Position numbers and translations under genes: made by a program. Positions 19,708-29,822 of a stretch of 33,197 nt of DNA are shown in pieces. Every line of letters begins with the position of its first letter. Within the stretch, counting starts at the first letter, position 1. A model generated the notes under the pieces. That model saw nothing but the letters and a program-made list of their open reading frames with translations. It ran no database searches and was not told the origin of the DNA. The DNA is from Verrucomicrobiales bacterium (GTDB lineage: Bacteria > Verrucomicrobiota > Verrucomicrobiia > Limisphaerales > DUCD01): NCBI GenBank assembly GCA_012959985.1, contig DUCD01000470.1:23149-56345 (forward strand). Direction: 5' to 3'.

Positions 19708-20544
19708 TTACCGACGTCTCGCTGAAATACGTTGTCTTTTCACCAAATCGTATTTTTGCCCCGTCGCCAACAGTTCAAATGGAGCCCCGGTGGATTTCAT
19801 TTTTTCATGATCATAAAACGCCACATAGGTTTTCCCCATAACCCGGCATTGATTCCGTTGAACAAGAATTACCGTCCCCTCATCCAGTCCTATCCCCAAC
19901 AGATGTGGATGCTTTTCAATGACTGGAATCAGATCAAACTGGCGATTTCTCCGTAACAGGTGCTGATCCACTGCTGAGTTTTTAAGGAAAGCCATTCCTT
20001 CCAGGTGATCCCCCATCATGAGCTCATTTCCTTCAGTATCACCTCTGACCAAGAAAGACCCCTGAATGGTGGCTCCAGCTGATGATCCCGCTATGACTCC
20101 TCCGCGTATCAGTAAATTCCCCAACTCCCGATGAACCCGAGTATTGAGGCAGGAGTCAACCAGACGCCATTGCCGTCCACCGGTAATCCACACGCCTCCC
20201 GCCTGTGTTAAGGAATCGTTGAATTCAAAGGATTCTGATTCAGCGCGATCACGAGTGTGGAGAACCCTCAGATTCAGCGCTCCCGCAGCTTTTAAAGGCT
20301 GCAATCCATTCCAGTCACTACCGAATTCATTCCGGGTACCAGCTGTAGGTATGATGACAATCAGGGATTCTGATCCACCGGCCAGTTCGATAAACTGTTT
20401 GTAGATCGAATCTTCAATCTGTCCACCACCTACAAGAATCAATGATCCGTTTTCAGGTCCGGTTGTTTGAGATTCGACGACAGTGCAAGGACAAAACGCA
20501 AAAGCAAGAGCAAGAATAAATGATAAAGTAAGACGTGGTTGCAT
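19708..20544 (-). CDS. Secreted cyanophycinase-like serine peptidase (family S51)
   Basis: Signal peptide; LILVGGG, IIPTA, TGGRQWRL, GSSAGA (Ser), DQH (His), GLDE (Glu). Confidence 0.88.
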   Translation of the reverse strand: MQPRLTLSFILALAFAFCPCTVVESQTTGPENGSLILVGGGQIEDSIYKQFIELAGGSESLIVIIPTAGTRNEFGSDWNGLQPLKAAGALNLRVLHTRDRAESESFEFNDSLTQAGGVWITGGRQWRLVDSCLNTRVHRELGNLLIRGGVIAGSSAGATIQGSFLVRGDTEGNELMMGDHLEGMAFLKNSAVDQHLLRRNRQFDLIPVIEKHPHLLGIGLDEGTVILVQRNQCRVMGKTYVAFYDHEKMKSTGAPFELLATGQKYDLVKRQRISARRR

Positions 20545-20914
20545 GATTTCGAAACTCTGACAGAAAAATTTAAATTGGGAAACCGTAATTCCGACCTATC
20601 AACACCGGACATAAACGCGATTGCCTAAATGCTTCTGCCATCGACAATTTCGACAAAATTATCCCACCAGGACGTCCCTTGAGCGAGCTGGACAATCAAC
20701 TCCCTCCACGCGAACGTATCCTGGGGGTGTTTTTGAGGGAAATGAAAAAGGCGATTCTGCAACTGCGCTTCTCCAGAAAGAAGGTGAATTTTTTCCTGTA
20801 CCAAACGCCACCATTTACTGGTTTGCCTGGCGATCGGCTCATGCCACTACTGAGATTCCCGCTCCTTTATAGATTGAATTATGACAAGCCCTATGAAATG
20901 ATGCCGGAAGTCCC

Positions 20915-22318
20915 ATGAGACGACAAGCTCATCAACATTCGGAGCCGCATGCGTTTTCATACCTGAATGCCCGAAGGCGTGACGGCTTGAATATTTTCAG
21001 CCGACGCAGTGTCCTGAAAGCGGGGCTGGCAGGAATCGCGGGCTTAACCCTTCCCGGTCTGATTCGAATTCGCAGTGAAGCGACAGGGAAAGGGGTCAGC
21101 CTACCTGGTCAAAAATCAGTCATCCTGATCTGGATGACCGGAGGTCCTTCCCAAATTGATACCTGGGACATGAAACCGGATCGCCCGTATGAAAACCGGG
21201 GACCCTTTTCGCCCATATCCACGAAGGTGCCGGGAATCCGGGTCTGTGAACATTTCCCGAAGCAGGCAGCCATGATGGACAAATTCACCTTGATCCGTTC
21301 CGTGGATTGCCGCTTCAGCAACCATGAACCGAATATGGTGATGCAGACCGCACATCCGGAGGCTGCCCCGCGCATCAATCCCAAGGGACACCTTTACCCC
21401 GCTATCGGGTCCATGGTTTCCCAGCTTCGCGGTCCTAATCATCCGTCGATGCCTCCTTATGTTGTTCTGAATATGAAGAGTCGATCTCACGTCGCCTGGG
21501 GAGGCTATGCAGGTAAACAATACGATCCCTTCGTGGCAAAGGATGTCAGCAAGCTGTTTCAAATGCCACGGGGATTGACTATGGACCGGATTCAATCCCG
21601 CCGTTCCCTTCTAAAACAAATGGATCGACTACGGTCCAACCTGGATACGCAGGGGCAAATGGAAGCGATGGATTTTTTCGAACAAAAAGCTTTTGACATG
21701 ATCGCAGGAGGACGGGCTCAATCGGCCTTCGATCTTTCAAAGGAATCTCCAAAAACGCTGGAACAGTATGGGGATCACGATTGGTGGCGACAGGCATTGC
21801 TTGCAAGACGTCTTGTTGAAAACGGAGTCAGCTTTGTCACGATCGACTTAAGCAATCACGGTGCTTCGGGAACCTGGGACACCCATGGAGACAACATTCC
21901 TCCCTATGGTGGAATCTGGAACGGACTACGCCCTCTGCTTCCGATTTTCGACCATCTGATCAGCACTCTGGTCAACGACCTCGACGAACGTGGCATGCTT
22001 GATGACACCTTGGTTATCGCCATGGGAGAATTCGGACGCACCCCGACTCTGGGAACACAAGGCAGCACTGACGGACGTAACCACTGGCCTCATGTTTCAT
22101 CCATGCTCATGGCAGGTGGAGGATTCAGACACGGCCAGGTAATTGGAGCCACATCCAAAGACGGCGGTGAAATCGCGGAACGGCCGGTATCACCGGGGGA
22201 CATTGCGGCCACAATCTATCATCACCTCGGGATTCCGTTGGATTCCACCTACCTCGATCATCAGGGTCGACCGATCTACATCATTCAGGATGGAAAGCCC
22301 ATCTCGGAAATGGTGTGA
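20915..22318 (+). CDS. DUF1501 family protein (second subfamily, Tat-like SRRSVLK)
   Basis: KSVILIWMTGGPSQIDTWDMKP, ARRLVENGV, WDTH, GEFGRTP, GRNHWP. Confidence 0.92.
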   Translation: MRRQAHQHSEPHAFSYLNARRRDGLNIFSRRSVLKAGLAGIAGLTLPGLIRIRSEATGKGVSLPGQKSVILIWMTGGPSQIDTWDMKPDRPYENRGPFSPISTKVPGIRVCEHFPKQAAMMDKFTLIRSVDCRFSNHEPNMVMQTAHPEAAPRINPKGHLYPAIGSMVSQLRGPNHPSMPPYVVLNMKSRSHVAWGGYAGKQYDPFVAKDVSKLFQMPRGLTMDRIQSRRSLLKQMDRLRSNLDTQGQMEAMDFFEQKAFDMIAGGRAQSAFDLSKESPKTLEQYGDHDWWRQALLARRLVENGVSFVTIDLSNHGASGTWDTHGDNIPPYGGIWNGLRPLLPIFDHLISTLVNDLDERGMLDDTLVIAMGEFGRTPTLGTQGSTDGRNHWPHVSSMLMAGGGFRHGQVIGATSKDGGEIAERPVSPGDIAATIYHHLGIPLDSTYLDHQGRPIYIIQDGKPISEMV

Positions 22319-22384
22319 AGCCATTCGAAGAAAGCCGGAAAAGTTCGTTTATAGACTAAATAATAACCACCCGCTTCGCTAAGG

Positions 22385-22454
22385 CCACGAAGACAAGGAA
22401 GAAAAAGAATTGAGGGTTTTGTTTGTTTGAAAGTCTTCTTCGTGTCCTTCGTGG
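22385..22454. repeat. Imperfect inverted repeat between convergent genes (REP-like or bidirectional terminator)
   Basis: ccacgaagacaaggaagaa...tcttcgtgtccttcgtgg, with internal cgaag/cttcgtg periodicity, followed by tttt. Confidence 0.55.
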
Positions 22455-22476
22455 TTTTGGTTGAAATCCTTACGAA

Positions 22477-23040
22477 CTATGCATTCGAATCTTCATTCAT
22501 GAGCATTCCGGGCAAGCCATCGATGCTCATGAGATTTTTCCCTTGCTGGTATTCTTTCACGCCTTCAGCCCCTTTCTGTTGCGCCCATTTGGAAAGAGTT
22601 TCGCGATGACCCTGAAACGAGTAGAGCGGCACTGCGTATCCACAAGAATCGCTGATTCGATGAACTTCCACGTCGATCACCGCGCGGGTTCCGGGATATT
22701 CATTAAAATTTGAAACCAGGCTCTTGAATTCTTCGGAGGATTCAAAATGCACTCGCCCCCGACCGTAAAGTCTCACAATATTTGGCACCCCCTCAAAGGC
22801 AGACATCATGATCAGGATACGGCCATTTTCGCGAAGATGAGCAATCGTTTCAATACCACTTCCGGTAAAATCAAGGTAATCAACTCGATTGGGTCCGAGA
22901 ATCCTGAAAGTATCCAAACCTTTCGGCGAAGTATTTAAATGGTGTTCAGGTGATTGCGGCGCCGTTGACACAAAAAACATTTGCTGCTTTTCTATCCAGG
23001 CCTTCAGCCCATCATCGATTTCTGTATAAAGTTTACCCAT
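22477..23040 (-). CDS. Pyridoxamine 5'-phosphate oxidase-like FMN-binding protein
   Basis: MFFVSTAP, NTSPKG, YLDFTGSGIETIAHLRENGRI, SCGYAVP, SIDGLPG. Confidence 0.9.
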   Translation of the reverse strand: MGKLYTEIDDGLKAWIEKQQMFFVSTAPQSPEHHLNTSPKGLDTFRILGPNRVDYLDFTGSGIETIAHLRENGRILIMMSAFEGVPNIVRLYGRGRVHFESSEEFKSLVSNFNEYPGTRAVIDVEVHRISDSCGYAVPLYSFQGHRETLSKWAQQKGAEGVKEYQQGKNLMSIDGLPGMLMNEDSNA

Positions 23041-23119
23041 AGTGAGTCCACATTCGCAGCACCTTTACGACTTTCTCTTTTTCAAGCACTTGATACAGCA
23101 GACGATGCTGAATGTTTAT
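23033..23119 (-). pseudogene. yoeB: C-terminal remnant of a Txe/YoeB-family toxin gene
   Basis: Minus strand reads (TGA)-INIQHRLLYQVLEKEKVVKVLRMWTHYG-stop, matching the YoeB C-terminus SRRINIQHRLVY...VKVLRMWTHYE; an in-frame TGA lies at 23120-23122 and there is no recognisable N-terminus. Confidence 0.8.
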
Positions 23120-23186
23120 TCAAATCGATCTCCAGTTGTCCTCAGAAATAAGAACCGCGTTTCCTCTCTTCCCCGTTATTTGTCGT

Positions 23187-23226
23187 TGATTACACTGAAA
23201 ATGCGCTGGGGACAGCGCACGCTACA
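23187..23226 (-). repeat. Half REPIN (family A, GTAG-type REP)
   Basis: Reverse complement tgtagcgtgcgctgtccccagcgcattttcagtgtaatca matches 27152-27191 at 37/40. Confidence 0.8.
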
Positions 23227-23262
23227 ACTTGTCTCATGCAGCGCACGCTTCATCTTGCCACT

Positions 23263-24060
23263 TCACCGTCCTCGTCCGCTTTTTTTCAAGCGCTGCTGAG
23301 GATCCCAGAACTCCATATTGACGTCGGTCCGACTACGGATGGGATCACTTGGGGGATTGATCTGTTCATCCTGACGGGCTTCGCTATGTCCGTCATTGAA
23401 GACCGCAATACCGGTTCCTTGGTGACGATTATTGTCGATGCCTTCCAGTGCATTGCCCGGGGCCATGGCGGATGTCGGCCACCAGAGGCTGCTGCTCCAA
23501 TTGCCGTTCGGCTTAGGCATTGTGTCGCCCACCGCCAAATTCATTGCCGGTTTCAAAACGGCTGATCTTTTCAACTTGGATTGTGAGGTGATATTCCAGA
23601 GAATGGTCTGTTTGCCGTAAGGAGCAAGTCCGAGAAAAAAGGCATTGTATCCATAGCCAACCTTGTGGGCATCAAATTTCCACGACCATTTAACACCCAA
23701 GTCTTCTCGACGGGATTTCAGGGAAGGGCATTTGAACAGATTGGTGACCCGGAGATTACTGATGATGGTGGTCCCCCACCAGTCGGATGGATTGTTCTGA
23801 GTTCCACGAGTAACATTGTTTCGGTGCGGTGGAAAGGTATCGTCATTGTCATCGGTGTAAAGCTGCATGAAATACCCGATCTGTCTCAGATTGTTCAGGC
23901 AGGAAATCCGCCTCCCCTTTTCTTTGGCACGCCCCAAAGACGGCAGGAGCATTCCAGCCAAAATTGCGATGATGGCAATGACAACCAGCAGTTCGATGAG
24001 AGTAAACGCACGGGTCTTCAGTAGAAGACATCTGGATAAGTTCAATGAAAAAGAGCGCAT
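23263..24060 (-). CDS. Prepilin-type N-terminal cleavage/methylation protein with C-terminal H-X9-DG motif (DUF1559-like)
   Basis: [48 protein letters not shown]. Confidence 0.93.
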   Translation of the reverse strand: MRSFSLNLSRCLLLKTRAFTLIELLVVIAIIAILAGMLLPSLGRAKEKGRRISCLNNLRQIGYFMQLYTDDNDDTFPPHRNNVTRGTQNNPSDWWGTTIISNLRVTNLFKCPSLKSRREDLGVKWSWKFDAHKVGYGYNAFFLGLAPYGKQTILWNITSQSKLKRSAVLKPAMNLAVGDTMPKPNGNWSSSLWWPTSAMAPGNALEGIDNNRHQGTGIAVFNDGHSEARQDEQINPPSDPIRSRTDVNMEFWDPQQRLKKSGRGR

Positions 24061-24325
24061 GATATGGAAACTTGATTTTGGACGATCAAGTTACTCATAT
24101 CGGGTTTATTGCGTCAATGCTTTTTGCAAAGCAACATTGCTTCACCCTCAATCTGAAAGGAGTAATTTCCAACCTCGAGAGGACGCCCTTTGTCACTGCC
24201 ATTCGGGCGAGGGAAAAAAGAAAGATTCCAGTTAGAGACAGGAGTATTAATTCAGTCAAATGTGTGAATTTCGAGGCCTTAACCGAGAATAAACCTCGCA
24301 ATCAAAACGGGTTTCGCGCTTTCTT

Positions 24326-25105
24326 GTGCTCGTGGATTTTGACGGATCATTAAGTTACATCATCGTTGGTTTCGGAGTATTTTTCATTGGATTTTCGAAA
24401 GCAGGGTTTGGTGGGGGCATGGGCATGTTGACCGTTCCCATCTGTGCCCTCGCTCTGGCAGATCTCGGCAAGCCACCTGTCTTTGCCGTCGGATTCCTGC
24501 TACCTCTCCTGGTTATTGGGGATGCATTGTCAGTTTACCATTACCGTAATGAATGGAAGGCTGAATTGCTGAAACCTCTATTTGGGGGAATCTTAATAGG
24601 AACTCTCATCGGAACCCAGTTAATCGGTCGGTTTCCACCACAGATTTTCAATACGATTCTGGGTATTCTCGCCGTAGTTTTCGTCTTGTTTCAAGTGATC
24701 GGAAAACTCATCACCAATCGATCCGCCGGGAGATTTGAAGGAACAGGATGGGGATTCATTTTCGGAACCGCCGCCGGCGTTACCTCCACTTTTGCCCACG
24801 GAGCCGGTCCCGTAATTGCAATCTATCTGATTCCAAAAAACCTTCCCAAGAAAGTCTTTGTCGGAACCAACGCATTCATCTTCTGCATCATCAACTGGAT
24901 AAAAGTTCCGTTCTTTTTCCTAGTGGGGGCCATCAACAAAACAACCCTTCTTTGGGGTTTATCCTTCATGGCTCTGGTCCCGATCGGAACGGTTGTCGGG
25001 ATTTGGCTCAGTGGTAAAATCCCTGAGAAACAATTCCTACGAATCATTTACCTTACCACCTTTCTAGCCGGTGTGAAACTGATCTGGAATGGCGTTTTCG
25101 GATGA
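24326..25105 (+). CDS. Sulfite exporter TauE/SafE family membrane protein
   Basis: GFSKAGFGGGMG, LLPLLVIGD, STFAHGAGP, FVGT; about 8 hydrophobic segments. Confidence 0.9.
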   Translation: MLVDFDGSLSYIIVGFGVFFIGFSKAGFGGGMGMLTVPICALALADLGKPPVFAVGFLLPLLVIGDALSVYHYRNEWKAELLKPLFGGILIGTLIGTQLIGRFPPQIFNTILGILAVVFVLFQVIGKLITNRSAGRFEGTGWGFIFGTAAGVTSTFAHGAGPVIAIYLIPKNLPKKVFVGTNAFIFCIINWIKVPFFFLVGAINKTTLLWGLSFMALVPIGTVVGIWLSGKIPEKQFLRIIYLTTFLAGVKLIWNGVFG

Positions 25106-25181
25106 ATAGGTTTTCAATGATTACTCTGAGAATCGTTACGATTGATCCATCCGGGTTAGGGCAATTAAACCAGATGTTAAA

Positions 25182-26789
25182 TCAAACCTTGGTAAGTATC
25201 GAGAAATCGGCAAAGGCCAAATAGAGAACAAGGACCGTAGCCACCAGAGAAAAACCAACAGGTTTGGCATATTTCCAAGGTGTTAAATCCACATCTCCCG
25301 AATAGGCGTGTTCCCATGGAGTGTCTCTTGGTTCAACCTTCCCGCAGATCAACATCAGGAAAACCAGAAAGGCAAATACTACCCCGAGGAAATGAAACTC
25401 GTGCATGGCATCCACAACATTTGGAAATAGGAAATAGCCGGCAGCAATGATCACGAAACCGACAATCAACGCACTATTGGCAACTTCCGCCCGGACATTT
25501 CGATTCCACATACCCATGAGCACCACTGAGAAAATCGGAATAAAATAGAGACCGTTCATTTTCTGGAGATAGCCAAAAATGCTATCCTGACCTGCGAGTA
25601 GTGGCGCGACGATCATCGAGATCACGGCGATGATAACACCGAACATTTTCCCGGATTTGATGACTTGAAGATCTGGGGCTCCAGGTTTAATCATATGCTG
25701 GTAAACTCCCAGACTGAAAAGGGTGGCCGTGCTGTTGAGGGCCGAATTGAATGAACTCAAAATAGCGCCTACCATCACCGCTGCGAAAAACCCGGCCAGA
25801 GGAGCCGGCAACACATTGCGCACGAGGGTGCCATAGGATTGATCGGCGGCTAAACCGTCAGAGGCATAAAGGTGAAAGGCGATGATTCCGGGAAACACCA
25901 GAATAATCGGCGCCAGCACCTTAAGCCAACCTGCAAACAAAACTCCTTTCTGAGCTTCGGCCAGGTTTTTTGCCCCGAAAGTTCTCTGAATAATCTGCTG
26001 GTTGGTTGTCCAATAAAACAGATTCAGTAATAACACTCCCGTAAACAGGGTCGAGAAGGGTACCGATTGATTGGAACCTCCAATCGAATTGAACTTCTCC
26101 GGATTCGCCTCTTTTAATTCGCTCCATGCAGCAAAGATTCCACCGTCATTGACAGCATAGAGTCCGAGAACTGTGATTAGAATCCCTCCGACCAGCAAAC
26201 CAATCCCATTGATCGTGTCGGATATGGCAACCGTGCGCAATCCCCCAAAAATCGCGTAAAGTGAACCTATGATCCCAATCAACCAGACGTTGACCCAGAG
26301 AATGGCGGTATTGGATTGAATTCCGGTCAGTGCCTGCAAATCAAGAATCCCGGCCAATGCCGTTGCCCCAGTGTAGAGAATAATCGGAAGTAGAATCCCG
26401 GCATAGGCAATGATGAAGATGATGGAGGTAATTGTTCTAGTGCCCGAATTAAACCGTTCTTCGAGAAACTGAGGAACGGTGGCGATTCCGCTCTTCAAGT
26501 ATTTCGGCAGATACAAGAGCGCCAAAACGACCAAAGAGGTTCCGGCAATGACCTCCCAGGCCATAACACAAATTCCATCAGTAAAGGCAGCTCCATTGAG
26601 TCCGACCAATTGTTCGGTGGAGAGATTGGTCAGCATCAGAGAACCGGCAATGAATCCCCCGGTCAAAGACCTCCCGGCAAGGAAATAGCCACTGCTGGTA
26701 TTATGCGTGTCTTTACGGGTCATCCTCCATGTCAGGAAGCCCACAAGACCGGTAAAAAAGAAAAAGGAACCAAGGGTCAGAAAGATCAT
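25182..26789 (-). CDS. Solute:sodium symporter (SSS, YidK-like, probably sugar)
   Basis: [57 protein letters not shown]. Confidence 0.93.
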   Translation of the reverse strand: MIFLTLGSFFFFTGLVGFLTWRMTRKDTHNTSSGYFLAGRSLTGGFIAGSLMLTNLSTEQLVGLNGAAFTDGICVMAWEVIAGTSLVVLALLYLPKYLKSGIATVPQFLEERFNSGTRTITSIIFIIAYAGILLPIILYTGATALAGILDLQALTGIQSNTAILWVNVWLIGIIGSLYAIFGGLRTVAISDTINGIGLLVGGILITVLGLYAVNDGGIFAAWSELKEANPEKFNSIGGSNQSVPFSTLFTGVLLLNLFYWTTNQQIIQRTFGAKNLAEAQKGVLFAGWLKVLAPIILVFPGIIAFHLYASDGLAADQSYGTLVRNVLPAPLAGFFAAVMVGAILSSFNSALNSTATLFSLGVYQHMIKPGAPDLQVIKSGKMFGVIIAVISMIVAPLLAGQDSIFGYLQKMNGLYFIPIFSVVLMGMWNRNVRAEVANSALIVGFVIIAAGYFLFPNVVDAMHEFHFLGVVFAFLVFLMLICGKVEPRDTPWEHAYSGDVDLTPWKYAKPVGFSLVATVLVLYLAFADFSILTKV

Positions 26790-27149
26790 GTCAGTTTAAA
26801 TTTTCAAATTCAGTCAGAGCAGACAAACCGGGAATGGCTTGTCTCCGGATAGTGAAAGAGAAACCATATTAGGTAGCCTGCATCTTTGTCAGTAATTTTT
26901 TCATCCCAACGAATCCACCTTGAGAAAGATCCAATCAGTGTTGTAAGTTCAGCAGTTCAAGGTATTTTGATAAAAGGGGAATATTTGGAATCATGTCATA
27001 GCTTGCCCTATACAGCGGAGCCTCTGGATCAGTGCGACAAAACCACCGAAAAGGTCCGATAGTTCCTGGAAACAGGAAACAGACTTGCCCCTGCCCTAGA
27101 CAGCCGGGTGTGATTAAAAGTGCGAGGATCGGGCAAAATTGCACTTTGT

Positions 27150-27227
27150 GCTGTAGTGTGCGCTGTCCCCAGCGCATTTCCAGTGAAATCAGCGCTACTT
27201 TCGGCTGAGGACAGCCGACGCTACAGC
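27150..27227. repeat. Complete REPIN (family A, two inverted GTAG-type REPs)
   Basis: gctgtagtgtgcgctgtccccagcgc...cggctgaggacagccgacgctacagc; each arm has GTAG followed by its own hairpin. Confidence 0.8.
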
Positions 27228-27314
27228 AAATCACTCCCCGTACTTTTAATCGCACCCTGGACATCCTGTAGGAAAAAAATCGACTTGCACAGAGCAAACC
27301 GTTTCAATGGCGGT

Positions 27315-28232
27315 ATGCAAAGGCTTCTGAATCTACTCGTTACATTGCCTACGTTAATTGCGTGCTTCACATTGCTATGCCGCGGTGGCGAATCCATAGG
27401 AATCATCGATCTTTGGCCTGACGGTGCTCCCGGTGAAACGGAAGAGTTTGGCAAAGAAAAGGATGTCACCAAACCGACGGATCGATTGATTTCCGACCGG
27501 TCTATCATCAAGCTTGCCAATGTGACCCGTCCAACCATTACTATCTACGCTCCACCGAAAGATAAGAACACAGGAACCGCTGTGGTGGTGTGTCCAGGTG
27601 GCGGTTACCACATCCTGGCCTTGGATCTGGAAGGAACAGAAGTTTGTGAATGGCTGAATTCAATTGGCATCACCGGCATTCTATTGAAATACAGAGTGCC
27701 GAAAAGAAAGGGTCTGGAAAAGCACACTGCTCCGCTCCAAGATGCTCAAAGGGCAATAGGTATTGTCCGACACAACGCCGCCAAGTGGAACATTAATCCC
27801 CAGCGGATCGGCATCCTTGGTTTTTCTGCAGGCGGTCATCTTTCTGCGGCAGTAAGCCTTAATCACAAGGTGCGCACCTATCCTTTGGTTGACGATGCCG
27901 ATCAGATCAGTTGCAGACCTGATTTTACATTTCTTCTCTATCCCGGTTACCTGACGGTCAAGGACGAAGGGGATGCCATCGCTCCCGATTTAAAGATCAC
28001 CGAAAACTGCCCACCGACTTTCCTGATGATGGCTCAGGATGATCCTGTCCGAGTCGAGAATGTGCTCTATTATGCTCTGGCATTGAGAAAGAACAAAGTG
28101 CCTTTTTCCCTGCACATCTATCCAGACGGAGGCCATGGATACGGCCTGCGTCCTTCCAAACATCTGGTGACCACCTGGCCCGACCGAGCAGCTGCTTGGA
28201 TGAGAAGCCTCGAATTGATCCCAACCGAGTAA
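27315..28232 (+). CDS. Secreted alpha/beta hydrolase (acetyl/carbohydrate esterase, BD-FAE-like)
   Basis: Likely start ATG 27315 (MQRLLNLLVTLPTLIACFTLL signal); CPGGGY, LKYRVP, GFSAGGH, DDPV, GGHGYGL. Confidence 0.9.
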   Translation: MQRLLNLLVTLPTLIACFTLLCRGGESIGIIDLWPDGAPGETEEFGKEKDVTKPTDRLISDRSIIKLANVTRPTITIYAPPKDKNTGTAVVVCPGGGYHILALDLEGTEVCEWLNSIGITGILLKYRVPKRKGLEKHTAPLQDAQRAIGIVRHNAAKWNINPQRIGILGFSAGGHLSAAVSLNHKVRTYPLVDDADQISCRPDFTFLLYPGYLTVKDEGDAIAPDLKITENCPPTFLMMAQDDPVRVENVLYYALALRKNKVPFSLHIYPDGGHGYGLRPSKHLVTTWPDRAAAWMRSLELIPTE

Positions 28233-28243
28233 CCAAACGTTCG

Positions 28244-29812
28244 ATGGAAGAAGTTGATGTCATTCTATCTTTGGAGAAATCCGAAAACGAACAGGCATGG
28301 CGTCGCGCTGCGGCTGACAAGCTGGGAATCCATGCAGAGAGGATCGGTGAAATCAGACTGTGCAAACATTCGATCGATGCCAGACAACGACAAATCAAAG
28401 TTCAACTGCGGCTGAAAGTCTCCATCGATGGAAACTTACCTGAGGAATCGATCCCGGACCTGAATTTCCCCGGCTTGGGTAGCGGATCTCAATCGGTACT
28501 GATTATCGGTTGCGGTCCGGCGGGGATGTTTGCAGCTTTGCGCTGTCTCGAACTCGGCAAGAAACCGATCATTCTGGAGAGAGGGAAAGATGTATCAACG
28601 AGAAGATTCGACCTGGCTCCGCTCCTTCGCAAAGGAATCGTCGATGAAAACTCTAATTACTGTTTCGGTGAAGGCGGAGCCGGCACCTTTTCCGATGGAA
28701 AGCTTTATACCCGCGCCAAAAAGCGCGGCTCTGTCGCCAAAGTCTATCAAGTTCTTGTCTCTCACGGGGCTCCCAAAAGGATTCTGATAGACGCTCACCC
28801 TCACATCGGTTCGAATCTGCTGCCCAATGTGGTCAAGGCGATGAGGAACACTATCCTTGCCGCCGGAGGTGAAGTGCATTTCGGGACTCGAGTGACCGAT
28901 CTCCTGATCAATGAAGGCCGCATCTTCGGGGTCTCGACTTCCAGTGGAAATGAATTCAAGGCCGAAGCCGTGATTCTGGCAACGGGCCACTCTGCCCGGG
29001 ATATGTACCAGATATTGAGACAGCGGCAGGTCCTGTTGGAACAAAAGTCTTTTGCGATGGGAGTTCGTATCGAACATCCTCAATCCCTGATTGATCGTTT
29101 ACAATATCACCTCAAGATAGACCAACCCCGGCCTGAATTATTGCCTGCGGCAAGCTATCGACTGGCAACCGAAATCGACGAACGCGGGGTCCATTCCTTC
29201 TGCATGTGCCCAGGTGGCTTCATTGTGCCGGCGGCCACAGCGAATGATGAAATAGTCATCAACGGCATGAGTCTGGCTCGCCGTGATTCACCCTTTGCCA
29301 ACAGCGGGTTGGTGGTCACAGTGAATCCAGAGGACACCCTCCCCTACCAGCGTGAGCATGGGCAACTGGCAGGGCTCGCCTTTCAGAGATTCCTTGAAAC
29401 CAGCGCCAAAGCGGCTGGAGAAGGAGGACAGACCGCACCCGCTCAACGCGTCATTGATTTTCTGAAATCCAAGGAATCATCCAGACTGCCGGCAACAAGT
29501 TATTTCCCGGGCATCATCCCAGCCAGGCTGGATATGCTGATGCCGAAATGGATGGTCAAGCCGATGCAAGCCGGATTGAAATATTTCGAATACAAACTCA
29601 AAGGCTACACATCCCAAGATGCGATCCTTGTTGGTTTCGAAACCCGGACCAGCTCACCGGTCCGGATTCCTCGTGATGACCGAACACTCCAGCACCCGGA
29701 AATCAAAGGGCTCTACCCTTGCGGGGAAGGAGCCGGCTATGCCGGCGGTATTGTCAGTGCCGCCCTGGACGGAATCCGTTGTGCTGAAGCATCTACGTCC
29801 GTTTCGGATTAA
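28244..29812 (+). CDS. NAD(P)/FAD-dependent oxidoreductase (COG2509-like)
   Basis: IIGCGPAG, FGEGGAGTFSDGKL, HPHIG, LATGHSARD, SFCMCPGG, GEGAGYAGGIVSAA; ATG 28244 avoids overlap with the upstream gene. Confidence 0.92.
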   Translation: MEEVDVILSLEKSENEQAWRRAAADKLGIHAERIGEIRLCKHSIDARQRQIKVQLRLKVSIDGNLPEESIPDLNFPGLGSGSQSVLIIGCGPAGMFAALRCLELGKKPIILERGKDVSTRRFDLAPLLRKGIVDENSNYCFGEGGAGTFSDGKLYTRAKKRGSVAKVYQVLVSHGAPKRILIDAHPHIGSNLLPNVVKAMRNTILAAGGEVHFGTRVTDLLINEGRIFGVSTSSGNEFKAEAVILATGHSARDMYQILRQRQVLLEQKSFAMGVRIEHPQSLIDRLQYHLKIDQPRPELLPAASYRLATEIDERGVHSFCMCPGGFIVPAATANDEIVINGMSLARRDSPFANSGLVVTVNPEDTLPYQREHGQLAGLAFQRFLETSAKAAGEGGQTAPAQRVIDFLKSKESSRLPATSYFPGIIPARLDMLMPKWMVKPMQAGLKYFEYKLKGYTSQDAILVGFETRTSSPVRIPRDDRTLQHPEIKGLYPCGEGAGYAGGIVSAALDGIRCAEASTSVSD

Positions 29813-29822
29813 TCATAAAAAA

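Noticed and set aside
20679-20918. 79-aa TTG ORF overlapping the DUF1501 start by ATGA
   Set aside because: No recognisable motif or SD; lies in a probable divergent promoter region; cannot be supported
23042-23299. 85-aa plus-strand ORF, and 26935-27297 (minus), sharing MRWGQRTLQ
   Set aside because: The shared peptide is translated REP DNA; the first part of the 85-aa ORF is the antisense of the yoeB remnant
27120-27314. 65-aa N-terminal extension of the esterase ORF
   Set aside because: It runs through the REPIN; the signal peptide starts at ATG 27315
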